A stretch of 64,000 nt of DNA from Octopus bimaculoides (taxonomy: Eukaryota). The position numbers and the translations under genes were made by a program. The notes beneath the pieces were generated by a model, which was given only the letters and a program-made list of their open reading frames with translations, was not told where the DNA came from and did no database searches. The DNA lies in contig NC_068984.1 of NCBI RefSeq assembly GCF_001194135.2, forward strand, positions 111,764,394 through 111,828,393. The letters run 5' to 3'. Shown in pieces: positions 1 through 12,291 of the stretch (position 1 is its first letter; every line of letters begins with the position of its first letter).

Positions 1-505
1 TCATTCTGCATTTTCGTTTTCGTTCCTCCCACCTTCACCCCGAAAATCCATGCAAGATAACCACGTCAGTCCTCTATGGCAGCACTAATCAACACCACAA
101 GCTATTAAGACGATAGAATTTTATAATTACATACACTTCTAATTAATACAATGTAACTGTTTTCACAAAAGGTCGTTAAACTTGGTGTGCATCAATGACC
201 ATACAATATGTTTGTGTAAGTTACTACCACTCTCCATTTTAGCTCACCCTCTCTCTGTCTCTCACTTTCACTTTCACTCTGCTTTTTCCTCTCTGTTATT
301 CTCTCTTTCCTTCTCTATCCTCTATCTCTCTGTCGCTCTCTCTCACTCCTTCAATTTCTTATAGTCCTTTTGCGCTTAATATCTTTTGTGTATAACAAGC
401 GATGTCTGAATGCATGCTAGTGTATGTATATGTGTATGTATGAGCATCCTTCTCTCTCTCCCTCTCTCTCCCCCTCTCTCTCTCTCTCTCTCTTTATACA
501 CATCA

Positions 506-670
506 GGAGTGGCTGTGTGGTAAGTAGCTTGCTTACCAACCACATGGTTCCGGGTTCAGTCCCACTGCGTGGCACCTTGGGCAAATGTCTTCTACTATAG
601 CCTCGGGCCGACCAAAGCCTTGTGAGTGGATTTGGTAGATGGAAACTGAAAGAAGCCGACCGTATATATG

Positions 671-719
<49 letters not shown>

Positions 720-929
720 TTGTGTGTCTGTGTTTGTCCCCCCACCATCGCTTGACAACCGATGCTGGTGTGTTTACGTCCCCGTAACTTAGCAGTTCGG
801 CAAAAAAAGACCGATAGAATAAGTACTAGGCTTACAAAGAATAAGTCCTGGGGTCGATTTTCTTGACTAAAGGTGGTGCTCCAGCATGGCCGCAGTCAAA
901 CGACTGAAACAAGTAAAAGAGTAAAAGAG
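506..929 (+). mobile_element. SINE family A, full-length (tRNA-like head, internal (TA)n(TG)n, second module, GAGTAAAA tail)
   Basis: Near-identical to 13426-13800, 14819-15198, 39691-40088 and 55435-55876. Pol III A/B-box-like head (TGGCTGTGTGG...GGTTCAGTCCC) and short repeated tail. Confidence 0.85.
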
Positions 930-1506
930 TATCACATACACACACACATTCAAATACATACATACTTACAATCATAATAGATCTGTGTATGTGAGTGTGT
1001 GTGTGTAAATAGATAGAAAGAGAGACAGATAGAGATATCAATCCAACTTTGTATGATTGTGTGTAGAAGAATATATTAATCAACGAAATTCCAACCTTGT
1101 CTGATTTTCAAATTTTATTATTTACAGTTTTTACAATTTTACGATATTATGATAATAGAATATTAGAATATTACATATTTATTGTGATAAAACAAGTACT
1201 TTCATGCATTTTGCAATCATCAGGTTTATGTAGTAGTATCAGAATGAAAGAGGGGATACTAAGCTAAAAGAAGTTAAGAGAAGCTAGTATAAGTTAAGGC
1301 ACTTGTGAACATGACAGGAGTAACGAACAGTTTGGAAAAAGTGACAATTGAGAATTGAGAAATTGGCAATTAACGATTGAAAAATGAAAACCGAGAAAAT
1401 GTGTAAGGGGGAGATTTCAATAGGTTTCATGAACTGCCATGACTACTACATACATATATATATATATACACACACACACACACTCAAACACATACACACT
1501 ACATGT

Positions 1507-1542
<36 letters not shown>

Positions 1543-2452
1543 ATAGTAGTAGTGACACTCATGTTCCAGAAGTATCATGCATATATATATATATATATAT
1601 AATAATAATAATGATATGAATAATATATATATATATATATGCATATATACATACATACATGTACATACTTACATGTATATGTATATACATATGCATATTT
1701 GCGTACAGGGCGTCAAAAAACGTAAACAACATGAAAAACGAAAACATGAAATACAAAAACGTGAAAAATAACTTTTTTGCGAACAACGAAAGAAACAAAT
1801 GGAAAAACAAGACAAGCAACATAAAGATCAACCCTTCATCAGTTGTCAGCTGTTTTATCTACTCCGCATTTCGAGCATTAAGACAAGATGTGTTCTTGGC
1901 AAAAAAGTTGCTCCTGCAAAGCAAATTAAATAAAATTTGGGATTTGCAGAGGTTCAAAGTTGGTAACAAAAACTGGACAGTGAAAACAAATGGTAAGGGC
2001 TGTTAAGCCATAATGATGTGAGGTGGTGAACGCTGGAAAACCAAGCTTTGACAGGAGACACACAAATTCGAGAGGAAAGAAAGAAATTCAAGTTAGATAA
2101 AGAAAGATGGCCGCTGGTCATGTGTGAGTAACAAGAGAGTCTAGGAGGGAGAGAGAGGGACAGATAGAGAACTGTGAAGGGGGAGGAGAAAAATTAGAGA
2201 AAGGATGAGAGAGAAAAAGGAGATAAAAAGAATTAGAAAGAGGAAGAGAGAGGGAAATAGAAATAGTGATAGAATTAGTGTCGCATCAGAATTATCAAGA
2301 TAAAACTTACTTGGAAATGGATGCGTGGCATTCAATATGATTCAGACTTAAAGTCATATGGAACCTAATCAAACTGTTTTTAAATAAAATATATACATAT
2401 AGATATATATATATAGATATATATAGATAAATATATATATATATATATAGAT

Positions 2453-2493
<41 letters not shown>

Positions 2494-3289
2494 TAAATAA
2501 TATATATAGAGATAGATAGATAGATTCATACATATATACATATACCTGTAAATATGTATTTTTGTTGATATAAATATATATGCATATATATGTATATAAA
2601 TATTAGTGTTTATATATATGTGTGTGTGTGTATGTCCACACACATTATACATGCATATATATGAATAGATCTTTGTACATGTATTTGGAAATATTTTGGG
2701 AAGCATTTTACCTTCTTTTCTTGTTTTGTTTTGTTTTATTTTGTTTTTCTTTCTCCTTACTTCTTTTCATTTACTTTACATATGTAATCTTAATCTCACA
2801 TTTAACCAATTTCCAAGGTCTTTAGCAAAGCTCATTACAATTTAAATGACTTCTGATGTCTTTAATCTTTGACTCCAATATCACCACCACCACTACCATC
2901 ACCACAACTACCACATCCACCACCACTGCTTATTACTACATTCTCTTCAAGATATATTAATACCATTCTTTCAGTGTTCTTTGCTTCCTTGATAGAACCA
3001 TAATTTCAACTGATCTTTTGACCAATGTTACAAATGGTACTGTTTAATTTTCACTCATTCTATATTCTATATTCTATCCCCCAGCTCTTTCATAAAAGAA
3101 CTAAGAACTATATACTGAACAGTTTGTAATCACTGCACTGGCCAAATGGTTGAGTTATTAGATTCATGGTCATAAGTTTTTTGGTTCAATGCTTGGACAG
3201 GGCAGCTTGTTCTATCCTTTAACAAAGTACTGCATTTCATATTACATAAGTGCAGTAATTATTATCTGCTGAATACTAGAGAAGTTCTC

Positions 3290-3665
3290 TCTGTCTGTCT
3301 GTCTGTCTCTCTCTCTCTCCCCTCTCCTACTCCACCTCTCTCCTTTCCCTCCTCCTCTTCTCTCCATCTCTCTTATCTCCCCTCTATCTCCCCCTCCCCT
3401 TTGTTTCTTTCTCCCACTTCTTTTGTCTCTCTCCCTCTCACTTCTTCTCTCCCCCTCTTCCCCTCCATATCCTACTGTCCCTCTCTCTCCATCTCCCTCC
3501 TTCTGCCCTCTCCTTCTCTATCTCCCCCTTTCCTTCTCTCTCCCCTCTCTCCTTTCCCTCCCCTTCTTCTCTCCATCTCTCTCTTTCTCCCTCTCTCTCT
3601 CTCTCCCTCTCCCTCTCTCTCTCCCTCTCTCTCTTTCTCTCTCTTTTTTTCTCTCTCTCTCACCT
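3290..3665. repeat. Pyrimidine-rich (CT) low-complexity tract
   Basis: Almost exclusively C/T; source of the spurious S/L/P ORFs. Confidence 0.9.
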
Positions 3666-3667
3666 AG

Positions 3668-3860
3668 CATGTTTCACCATCACTTGAAAACCGATGTTGG
3701 TGCGTTTACGCCCCCATAACTTAGCAGTTCAGCAAAAGTGACTGATAGAATAAGTACTAAGCTTAAGAAATAAGTCCTGGGGTCGATCAGTTTGACTAAG
3801 ACCCCTCGAGATGGTGCTCCAGCATGGCCACAGTCAAATAACTGAAACAAGTAAGAAAAT
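3668..3860 (+). mobile_element. SINE family A, 3' module only
   Basis: Matches positions ~740-929 of the first A copy. Confidence 0.75.
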
Positions 3861-3959
3861 ATGTTTATTGGCATTAGGAAAGACATCCAGCTGAAGAAAG
3901 TCTGACAAAGCAGACAATAGAGCTTGGCACAGTTTTTTTTTTTTTGCTTGCCAGCTTCT

Positions 3960-4205
3960 GTGGAGGCACGTAGCTTAGTGGTTAGGGTGTTGGACTCATG
4001 ATCATAGGATTGTAGTTTTGATTCCTGGACTGGCTGACACATTGTGTTCTTGAGCAAAACACTTCATTTCACATTGCTCCAGTCCACTCAGCTGGCAAAA
4101 ATGAGTAATTCTGAAACAGATGGGTGTCCCGTCCAGGTGAGGAATTTATATGCCATGAAACTGGGAAACCAGCTCTTATGAGTCAGCAAGACTCATGAAG
4201 GTAAT
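3960..4205 (+). mobile_element. SINE family D (tRNA-like head, CORE-like centre, D tail)
   Basis: GTGGAGGCACGTAGCTTAGTGGTTAGGG head; homologous to 14520-14771 and 47354-47610. Confidence 0.75.
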
Positions 4206-4472
4206 TTTCCTTTTATTCTTTTTTACTTGTCATGCCATCAAACCTATGATGATAATGATGACAACAACAACAACAACAACAACGACAACCACAATAGTGA
4301 TGATGAGCGCGATGATGATCATAATGCCATATATGTATGTTTATCTTTTGCTGCCTTTTATTTATTAGCATTCTTTTCGAAGAAGTGAACTGGTTTCTGA
4401 CAAAAAAAAAAACAAAAAAAAAAACTAAAATTCCATCACTGATGGAATTTCAGATTACAACAACGATAATTG

Positions 4473-4823
4473 TTACATACTAAACTTTACAAAAATCTCA
4501 CATATCTTTACTGTTCCATTTACAGATTGTATATGTAAAGTTTGTGCTAGCTGGTATCTTTCTTCACTTGAAAATCCTAGTTTCTCCAGATTGTTGTTTG
4601 AGCATTTACTAACATAACCAAATACACCAGTGATTAAAGGTTTAAATGTAAACCTATACTCAGAATAGAAGAGCTGTAATTTCTTCCTGATTTTCAGAAA
4701 GAAATTCACATCTGCCAGGCAATTTATATCTGTGTCTGTGCATGACATTTCTTTCCTGTTTCTAAGTACCTACGTCTGGTCTGTTATGTTTGTACTTTAT
4801 AGAAGTTTTGAACTATATCACCA
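4473..4823 (-). mobile_element. RLE-type non-LTR retrotransposon 3' fragment (endonuclease C-terminus), decayed
   Basis: Translation gives IKYKHNRPD...INCLADVN...YRFTFKPLITGVFGYVSKC...LHIQSVNGTVKICEIF, matching the RPD...(D/E)...PIIxGALG layout of RLE C-termini; frameshifts and stops present. Confidence 0.7.
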
Positions 4824-4952
4824 TACATATGTATGTATGTATATATCACAAATGTATGTAGGCATGTATCTATGTATGTAGGTATGTGTGCATGAATGTG
4901 TGTAGGTATGCTTGTATGTATGTGTGTAGGCATGCATATATACACACATGCC

Positions 4953-5064
4953 ACTCATAAGGCTTTGGTCAGCCTGAGGCTATAGCAGAAGACACTTGCC
5001 CAAGGAGCTACACAGTGGGACTGAACCCGGAACCATGTGCTTTGGAAGCAAGCTTCATACCACA

Positions 5065-5099
<35 letters not shown>

Positions 5100-5285
5100 T
5101 ACCATATATATATATATATATATATACAACAGACTTCTTTCAGTTTCCACCTAGCAAATCCAATCATAAGGCTTTGATCAGCACAAGTCTATAGTAGAAG
5201 ACACTTACCCAAGGTGCCATGCAGTGGAACTGAACCTGGAACTATAAGGTTGGGAAGCAAGCTTCTTATCACACAGCCACACTTG
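4953..5285 (-). mobile_element. Two tandem 5' modules of SINE family A separated by (TA)n
   Basis: Reverse complements of the A head at 4953-5070 and 5130-5285. Confidence 0.75.
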
Positions 5286-5308
5286 TGCCTTCACATTATT
5301 TCTAATTA

Positions 5309-6550
5309 CTGTAAAAACCTCAATAAATCGTGCACCTGTGTAATTTACACAGGTGATTTTCAGGATAAAATTTGTTAAAAAAAAAGCTTCTACTCACGTA
5401 AAATTCACACCCAAAAGTTTTCAGAATTGCCAATATAGCCAGGGGAAAAGGTTTTCAATTTAGTTGTATTTAACATAATTTCACTTACTTATGATTAGAT
5501 TTTATTAAATTTTCATTAAATAAAAGTAATTTCTGTTTTTAACAGGAACACATTGACAGCTATTAAATTACAAAGTTTTTGTGTTGTTTATAATAAACTT
5601 TATTTTACATTTCTTACCCACAAGAGATTACGTCTGATCTTTAGCATACTTCTGGTATGTCTTCTCAAATCACAATCACAGGAAAAGTTGTTGACAAGAA
5701 TTACCAAAAAAAACAAAGCTGATAAAGACGCACAGGTGTAGCAAATTAAGTTTAGTTACCAATAAACATCAGCTTGGATGACACTTTACTCAACCAACAG
5801 AGGAAGGTGGTCATTCAAACTGATTATGTAAACAGAATTCTTTCCCACCTATTCTTGTCAGAACCTTTGATATGGAGTATCAAAATTTTAATCCCTTTCA
5901 CACTTATAAAATGTCAAGCAAACTTTAAAATTTGTCATTACCATTATTGTCAGTATGGGCAGAACTTATGAATCATTTTCTGTGAAGGAGAAATTAAATA
6001 TGTCTAATATGCATTTGAATGTGGCAATAGAGCTAATGTTAAAAAATTGGTGTAAACAGTACAACAAATTTAGAATTGTGCCTAGTAATAAATAGACAAA
6101 AATAAAAACATACAATCAAGATTATCTATATCATTACATTTTTTCAATCAGGAATATCCATATCATTATGTATTCGATAGGTAGAAACTCCAAACAATGT
6201 AAAATATGATCTGGACTGTGCTTACCAGCATGAATGTCAGACTTCAAAAAGTAGTTAACCATTCAATGGTTTTAGTAAATTTATATAGAAAAAGTAAGCA
6301 TTGTACCGTCCAGCAAAAATAAAAGTCAACTTCATTATGTGTATTTAAGCCATTATTTTTTCTGTAAAAACCTTTTCTGACATTAAATGAATCAACTTAT
6401 GGTACAAATGTTTACGTTTTGTACATCTTTTTGCAATAAAGAAAATTTCAAAAGAATTCTGGAAACGATTTACAAATGTAATTTACACACCCACTAAAGT
6501 TTATTTTAATTTTTTGTGAAAAGAAGTGTAAATTACATGGGTTTTTACGG
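5309..6550 (+). mobile_element. pogo/Tigger-like (Tc1/mariner superfamily) deleted DNA transposon
   Basis: TA at 5307-5308 and 6551-6552. Termini CTGTAAAAACC...TGTAATTTACAC and GTGTAAATTACATGGGTTTTTACGG are inverted. From ATG 5955 a frameshifted MGRTYESFSVKEKLN...YAFECGNRANVKK resembles the pogo N-terminal HTH. Confidence 0.65.
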
Positions 6551-6621
6551 TATTCAAGCATTATCTTGTAGTTCTGAACTTTTGATGATGTGATTGTTTA
6601 TTCCTTGGATGACACTGTAAG

Positions 6622-6918
6622 ATCATCATCATCATCGTTTAACGTCTGCTTTCCATGCTAGCATGGGTTGGACGATTTGACTGAGGACTGGTGAAACCAG
6701 ATGTCTGCACCAGGCTCCAATCTGATTTGGCAGAGTTTCTATAGCTGGATGCCCTTCCTAACACCAACCACTCCGAGAGTGTAGTGGGTGCTTTTACATG
6801 CCACCGGCACGAAGGCCAGTCAGGTAGTACTGGCAACGGCCCCGCTCAAAAGGGTGTATTTTACGTGCCACCTGCACAGGAGCCTGTTCGGCGGCACTGG
6901 CAATGATCTCGCTCGATA
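6622..6918 (-). mobile_element. SINE-like family B (RTE-like (GAT)n 3' tail)
   Basis: Ends ...GCATGGAAAGCAGACGTTAAACGATGATGATG in sense; homologous to 20398, 23236, 37343, 51290 and 62645 copies. Confidence 0.8.
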
Positions 6919-7914
6919 GATAGGTGTAAGACAGGTGTGAGAAGTTGGATTTGGTCAGTTTGAATATAAACCGATTATAGCAGCAACTCCATCTAAGAAT
7001 ATCTGAAGAAGGAATTGTATTCCAAAATATCATTGGACTATGGATAACTAAATTACAACAAGTATATAGTCCATTTTATATATTATAGGGCATTGTTGTA
7101 CCATTCAAAACTTTTTATTCTTTACAAACAATACACAATGCTTCAAGCAAACTACATACTCTCCTATAACAAGAAGAATATTTGGTCCAGACATGGCTGG
7201 TTTAAATGCTAAAAAGTTAAAGATCTTCCAGGTTTTTGTTGTCCTAGATATCACGATTATTTGCAGCGTATGAATTAAGGTGTTGCATTCTTTTCCCCCC
7301 AAGAACCTAAGTTCAGCCATACTTTACTCCAGGCAGAAAGGTATATCTTCTGCTGCTTCAGGAGAGATAGCTATGAAACTGAAAGTGTATCTTGCGTATA
7401 GGATATGCAAACGCTTTATCAATGGTCCACAGATCTACTGTATTTTTGTGACCTCAGTGGTAACTGGAAGGCAAGTGTACATATGTATTTGGATACACAC
7501 ACACACACCAGCACACATACATATACATTAAAAGCATACTGAAAAAGTACTCAACACAAAGAAGCTGTACATTTACAGTACATACGAACTCACATAGCAC
7601 TGAAATTGTCTGTCTAATTTGCATAACGGTGCATGTGTTGACAAAGTGGATTAATTCTTAATTAATTAACGATGACGTGGATTAATTAATTAATTAATTA
7701 AATAATCAAACTCACATTCCAAATTTATCCAAAAGAGCATTGTATATTGCCACTATAAATATTTAATCCATTTAGACATTGCGTGCTCTCTTATGCAAAT
7801 TAGGTTGTCTAAGGAAACTGGAAACATATTTCAATGATATACCATTCCTGCTAATGGAGTGATAAACCCCGAAGTATTACAGCTTCGTTGACTTTTCAAC
7901 ATTGTGGATAAAAT

Positions 7915-8302
7915 TGTTGTTGTTGGCACTCCGTCGCTTACGGCGTCGAGGGTTCCAGTTGATCCGATCAACGGAACAGACTACTCGTGAAATTAACGTG
8001 CAAGTGGCTGAGCACTCCACAGACATGTGTACCCTTAACGTAGTTCTCGGGGACATTCAGCGTGACACTGTGTGACAAGGCTGACCCTTTGAATTACAGG
8101 CACAACAGAAACAGGAAGTAAGAGTGAGAGAAAGTTGTGGTGAAAGAGTACAGCACGGTTCGCCACCATCCCCTGCCGGAGCCTCGTGGAGCTTTAGGTG
8201 TTTTCACTCAATAAACACTCACAACGCCCAGTCTGAGAATCGAAACCGCGATCCTATGACCACAAGTCCGCTGCCCTAACCTCTGAGCTATTGTGCCTCC
8301 AC
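7915..8302 (-). mobile_element. SINE family C, full-length, 12-bp TSD
   Basis: tRNA-like head, (CAA)n tail. TGTGGATAAAAT duplicated at 7903-7914 and 8303-8314. Confidence 0.9.
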
Positions 8303-8391
8303 TGTGGATAAAATGTATGTGTATTAAAAATGTTTACCTTTCATTTTAAATTGTGTGTATAAGTCTGTGTGTGCATGCATGCATAAAGATA

Positions 8392-8705
8392 AGTGGCTTA
8401 GTGGTTAGGGTATTTGTCTCAAGATCGCAGGGTCGAGAGTTCGATTGCCAGTGATGCATAGTGTCCTTGAGCAAGACACTTTATTTCATGATGCTTCAGT
8501 CCACTCAATTGGCAAAAATTAGTTGTACCGGTAATGCAAAAGGGCCAGCCCTGTCACATTCAGTCTCACACTGAATTTGCGTGAGAACTGCATTAAGAGT
8601 ACACATGTCTGTGGAGTGCTCAGCCACATGTATGTTAATTTCATGAGCAGACTGTTCTGTTGAGCAGATCAGCTGAAACCCTGGTCCTCATAACTGACAG
8701 AATGC
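8392..8705 (+). mobile_element. Chimeric SINE: D-type head + C-type tail
   Basis: 5' half matches family D, 3' half (CTGAATTTGCGTGAGAACTGCATTAAG...) matches the family C tail. Confidence 0.65.
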
Positions 8706-8926
8706 CAGTATGTGTGCAAGGGTGTATATTTAGATATGTACTTACACACACACGCAGATATGTATATATATATATATATATATATAATGTATTTCTGTCT
8801 TAGTCACTTGCACCTCTCTGGAACTTGGACTATCCAACTGCTGGCGCACAAACATCCCCGCTAACCCTCTGGTCAGATGCTGTGCAGCCACCAATAAATA
8901 TGAGTATGTATGTATGTGTATGTATG

Positions 8927-8987
<61 letters not shown>

Positions 8988-9180
8988 ATATATATACATG
9001 TATGTATATAATAATATTAGGGACAAAATCCAAAATTACAAGTAAAAACTCAATTAAAATCAATTTATAAAAAATCTAAATTAAATTGAGCTTTACAGAT
9101 TAAAATATATATAAATATATAGTTTTAGGGAAAAGAACCAAGTTTCATGAACTCATCGATGAAAATCCACTATCAGTATG

Positions 9181-9232
<52 letters not shown>

Positions 9233-9374
9233 NNNNNNNNNNNNNNNNNNNNNNNNNNNNNNNNNNNNNNNNNNNNNNNNNNNNNNNNNNNNNNNNNNNN
9301 NNNNNNNNNNNNNNNNNNNNNNNNNNNNNNNNNNNNNNNNNNNNNNNNNNNNNNNNNNNNNNNNNNNNNNNNNN

Positions 9375-9438
<64 letters not shown>

Positions 9439-9512
9439 GTATACACATACACACATATTTATATATTTATGCATGTATGTATGCATACAGGAATACACAC
9501 ACGCACTCACAC

Positions 9513-9553
<41 letters not shown>

Positions 9554-10042
9554 GTGTGTATATATATTGACATACCCATGTACACACATATATAAATTCC
9601 ATCTTCCTCTTTCTCCCTCTGTCACTGTCACTATGCACACTCATATGTACACAAACACACACACACACTCACGCACTTACACACAAACATATTCACACGT
9701 CTGCACACACGCATACAATCATTCAAGACCTACACATAGTCGCATGTAAAACATATACATCTAGTTGTGTTACATCACGTTTTGACTTGAAAAACACCTG
9801 TTGGGCCGAATCTTTGGAATGTTTAACCTGCTTCTATAGCAATCATTGTTCCTGCTGCCATTATTGCTTAGCCCCAGTTCAGTCACTTGGGCAATACTTT
9901 AGGAATATTAGGTTGCTATATATATATATATATATATATACTCTTTCTATCTGTTGCTATATGTATATATGTATATATATTATATTTACTCAGCGGTGCA
10001 TCAGCATGGCCGCAACTCTAAGCTGAAACTATAAACAATAAA

Positions 10043-10347
10043 CTCTTTTATTTGTTTCAGTCATTTGACTGAAGCCATGCTGGAGCACTGCCTTTAGCCA
10101 AACAAATCAACCCCAGGACATTTTCTTTGTGAACCTAGTACTTATTCTATCGGTCTCTTTTGCTGAACTGCTAGGCTATGAAAACGTAAACACACCAGCA
10201 TTGCTTGTCAAGCAATGGTGGGGGGACAAACACACACATACGCACAACAGGCTTCTTTCAGTTTCCATCTACCAAATCCACTCACAAGGCTTTGGATGGA
10301 CTGAACCATGTGGTTGGTAAGCAAGTTACTTACCATACAGCCACTCC
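10043..10347 (-). mobile_element. SINE family A, internally deleted
   Basis: Reverse complement of both A modules. Confidence 0.8.
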
Positions 10348-10617
10348 TGTGCCTATATAAATATATAAATATGTGCCTATATATATATATATATATATAG
10401 ATAGATAGATAGATAGATAGATTTGTATTAATTGTATGTATGTATATAGTGTAAAGGTTCCACAAAATGTTTTTTGCATATGGCAAATTGCAGTAAAAGA
10501 AGGAAAATGCACAGAAATTTTATGTTGTACAAAATATATTCTGTGCAATATGAAATTGCTGTATAATTTTTGAAGCATTAAAATATATGAATTAAGACCT
10601 CATTTCCTCATTAATAT

Positions 10618-10980
10618 TATTACCTCTGCCTTAGCGGAGATGGAGGTATTGTTTTTAGTCGTGTTTATTTGTTTGCCATGGACAAGATATCTCAAGAACC
10701 ACTGGATGGCTTCAGATGAAACTTTCAGAGATGTTTGTCCTCGTGACTGGCACAAACTGATTAGATTTTGAGATTGATCCAGTACCAGACAAGGATTATG
10801 GATTATTTTTCTGGCTTTTTTACTTAGTGTTTGAAAGTGACTGGGTTCATTTTTAGTATTCTTGTTTGTGAGAGCAATTGAGTTTATTTCAGATATTCTC
10901 ATTTTAAAAATCCCCTCCAGCTAGTCGTTGAGAGGATGCTGGTGTTGCCTTGGCAGAGGTATGTGCTCACTGAGTGCTCT
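10618..10980 (+). mobile_element. Helentron-associated (HINE/DINE-1/Pearl-like) non-autonomous element
   Basis: TACCTCTGCC (10621-10630) is inverted as subterminal GGCAGAGGTA (10952-10961), followed by a short 3' palindrome GTGCTCACTGAGTGC; second copy at 31830-32413. Confidence 0.55.
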
Positions 10981-11005
10981 TTTTGTTATTATTATTATTA
11001 TTATT

Positions 11006-11190
11006 GAGTGAGAGAGCACTGCATGCCATCAAAGTGACACTGGGGTACAAATGTACAAAGCCCAATATACCAATCATGACTACTTCTCTGATAACGGAAC
11101 ACCAGGCACATGTCTCACCACCACATGTGCATGACATAGTGATCTCATATCAAAATAAACAGTGTAGGTGGGGCCCAGTTAAAATTTTTT
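11006..11190 (-). mobile_element. Family F element, 3' fragment with (TAA)n tail
   Basis: Homologous to 30637-30830. Confidence 0.7.
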
Positions 11191-11194
11191 TCAA

Positions 11195-11470
11195 TTCGAG
11201 CTCCACAGATTTTCCAGTACAAGGCTCATCTTCTCAGCTGTTATTTTCAGCTCAGAATTTCTGGAACTACCGTTGCCACTGGCTTACACTTATTGTTCAA
11301 TCCCCATATACTGCATTAATATTCCTTTAACTTTCTGTTGCATTGTTGACTTCATTGAACTCATAAAGCAAAATACGCCGAATATGTTCCTTTGTCACTT
11401 CCAATGCAGCTTTGGAAAAATAACTTAAAATCGACCTGCACTCTTCAAAACTTGCACTAAGAATAAGTAC
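11195..11470 (-). mobile_element. mariner transposase N-terminal relic
   Basis: From 11404: (L)EVTKEHIRRILLYEFNEVNNATES*RNINAVYGD*TISVSQWQR*FQKF*AENNS*EDEPCTGKSVELE, a typical mariner HTH region with many stops. Confidence 0.8.
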
Positions 11471-11612
11471 AAAGTAAAATTACTCCCTGCTTTTATAGCA
11501 AGTTAATGCAGGTAGTTTATCCTGTCCTGGTCTGACTTTTAGTTCATTCAATTGAAAAAGCCAGATTATTTATGGGATGACCCAATATATATGTATGTAT
11601 GTATGTATGGCA

Positions 11613-11652
11613 TGCAAAGATGACCCACAAATTCATGAAGCACTTACATATA
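11613..11652 (+). pseudogene. U6: U6 snRNA 3'-end fragment (decayed)
   Basis: GCAAAGATGACCCACAAATTCATGAAGCACTTACATAT aligns at 31/37 (one insertion) to the U6 3' end as I recall it (GCAAGGATGACACGCAAATTCGTGAAGCGTTCCATAT); three changes are CpG to CpA. Confidence 0.65.
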
Positions 11653-11654
11653 TA

Positions 11655-11864
11655 CGAGGCAGTGCTGAAAAGTACCTGGCTTTAAGGTACCAAAAAAATC
11701 CTCATTGAAGGCCCAACCTTCAGAGTTCTTTTATGGAGCTTCGAAAAACTGAAGGACTGTTACCATAAGTGTGTGAATCTGAGAGGGGAATATATTGAAT
11801 TAAATCATAATAAACTGCTTCTCCTGTATTTTCTTTTACTGGAAACCAGGAATTTTTCAGCACC
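11655..11864 (+). mobile_element. mariner-derived MITE (deletion derivative)
   Basis: TA-CGAGG start. GTGCTGAAAAGTACCTGGCTT and AAACCAGGAATTTTTCAGCAC are inverted. The interior retains a mariner C-terminus (KLKDCYHKCVNLRGEYIE). Confidence 0.75.
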
Positions 11865-11902
11865 TACATATATAAACGTATAATATATACATATAATATA
11901 TA

Positions 11903-11980
<78 letters not shown>

Positions 11981-12190
11981 NNNNNNNNNNNNNNNNNNNN
12001 NNNNNNNNNNNNNNNNNNNNNNNNNNNNNNNNNNNNNNNNNNNNNNNNNNNNNNNNNNNNNNNNNNNNNNNNNNNNNNNNNNNNNNNNNNNNNNNNNNNN
12101 NNNNNNNNNNNNNNNNNNNNNNNNNNNNNNNNNNNNNNNNNNNNNNNNNNNNNNNNNNNNNNNNNNNNNNNTGGAGCACATCCTTGGTAG

Positions 12191-12230
12191 AAAAATATGG
12201 AATGCTTCATGAATTTGTGTCAGCCTTGCA
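12191..12230 (-). pseudogene. U6: U6 snRNA 3'-end fragment (decayed)
   Basis: Reverse complement GCAAGGCTGACACAAATTCATGAAGCATTCCATATTTTT matches 36/41 of the recalled U6 3' end, including the T-run. Confidence 0.8.
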
Positions 12231-12233
12231 TGT

Positions 12234-12291
<58 letters not shown>

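Noticed and set aside
506-580. tRNA-like heads of families A, C, D and E as tRNA genes
   Set aside because: No intact cloverleaf by eye; they are always fused to SINE bodies and are multi-copy.
5590-5720. Apparent minus-strand exon (...MLKIRRNLLW/GTAAG)
   Set aside because: It lies inside the pogo-like element and has no recognisable homology.
7646-7706. TAAT/TTAATTAA array as a homeodomain enhancer
   Set aside because: Simple (TAAT)n repeat expected in AT-rich DNA; no other support.
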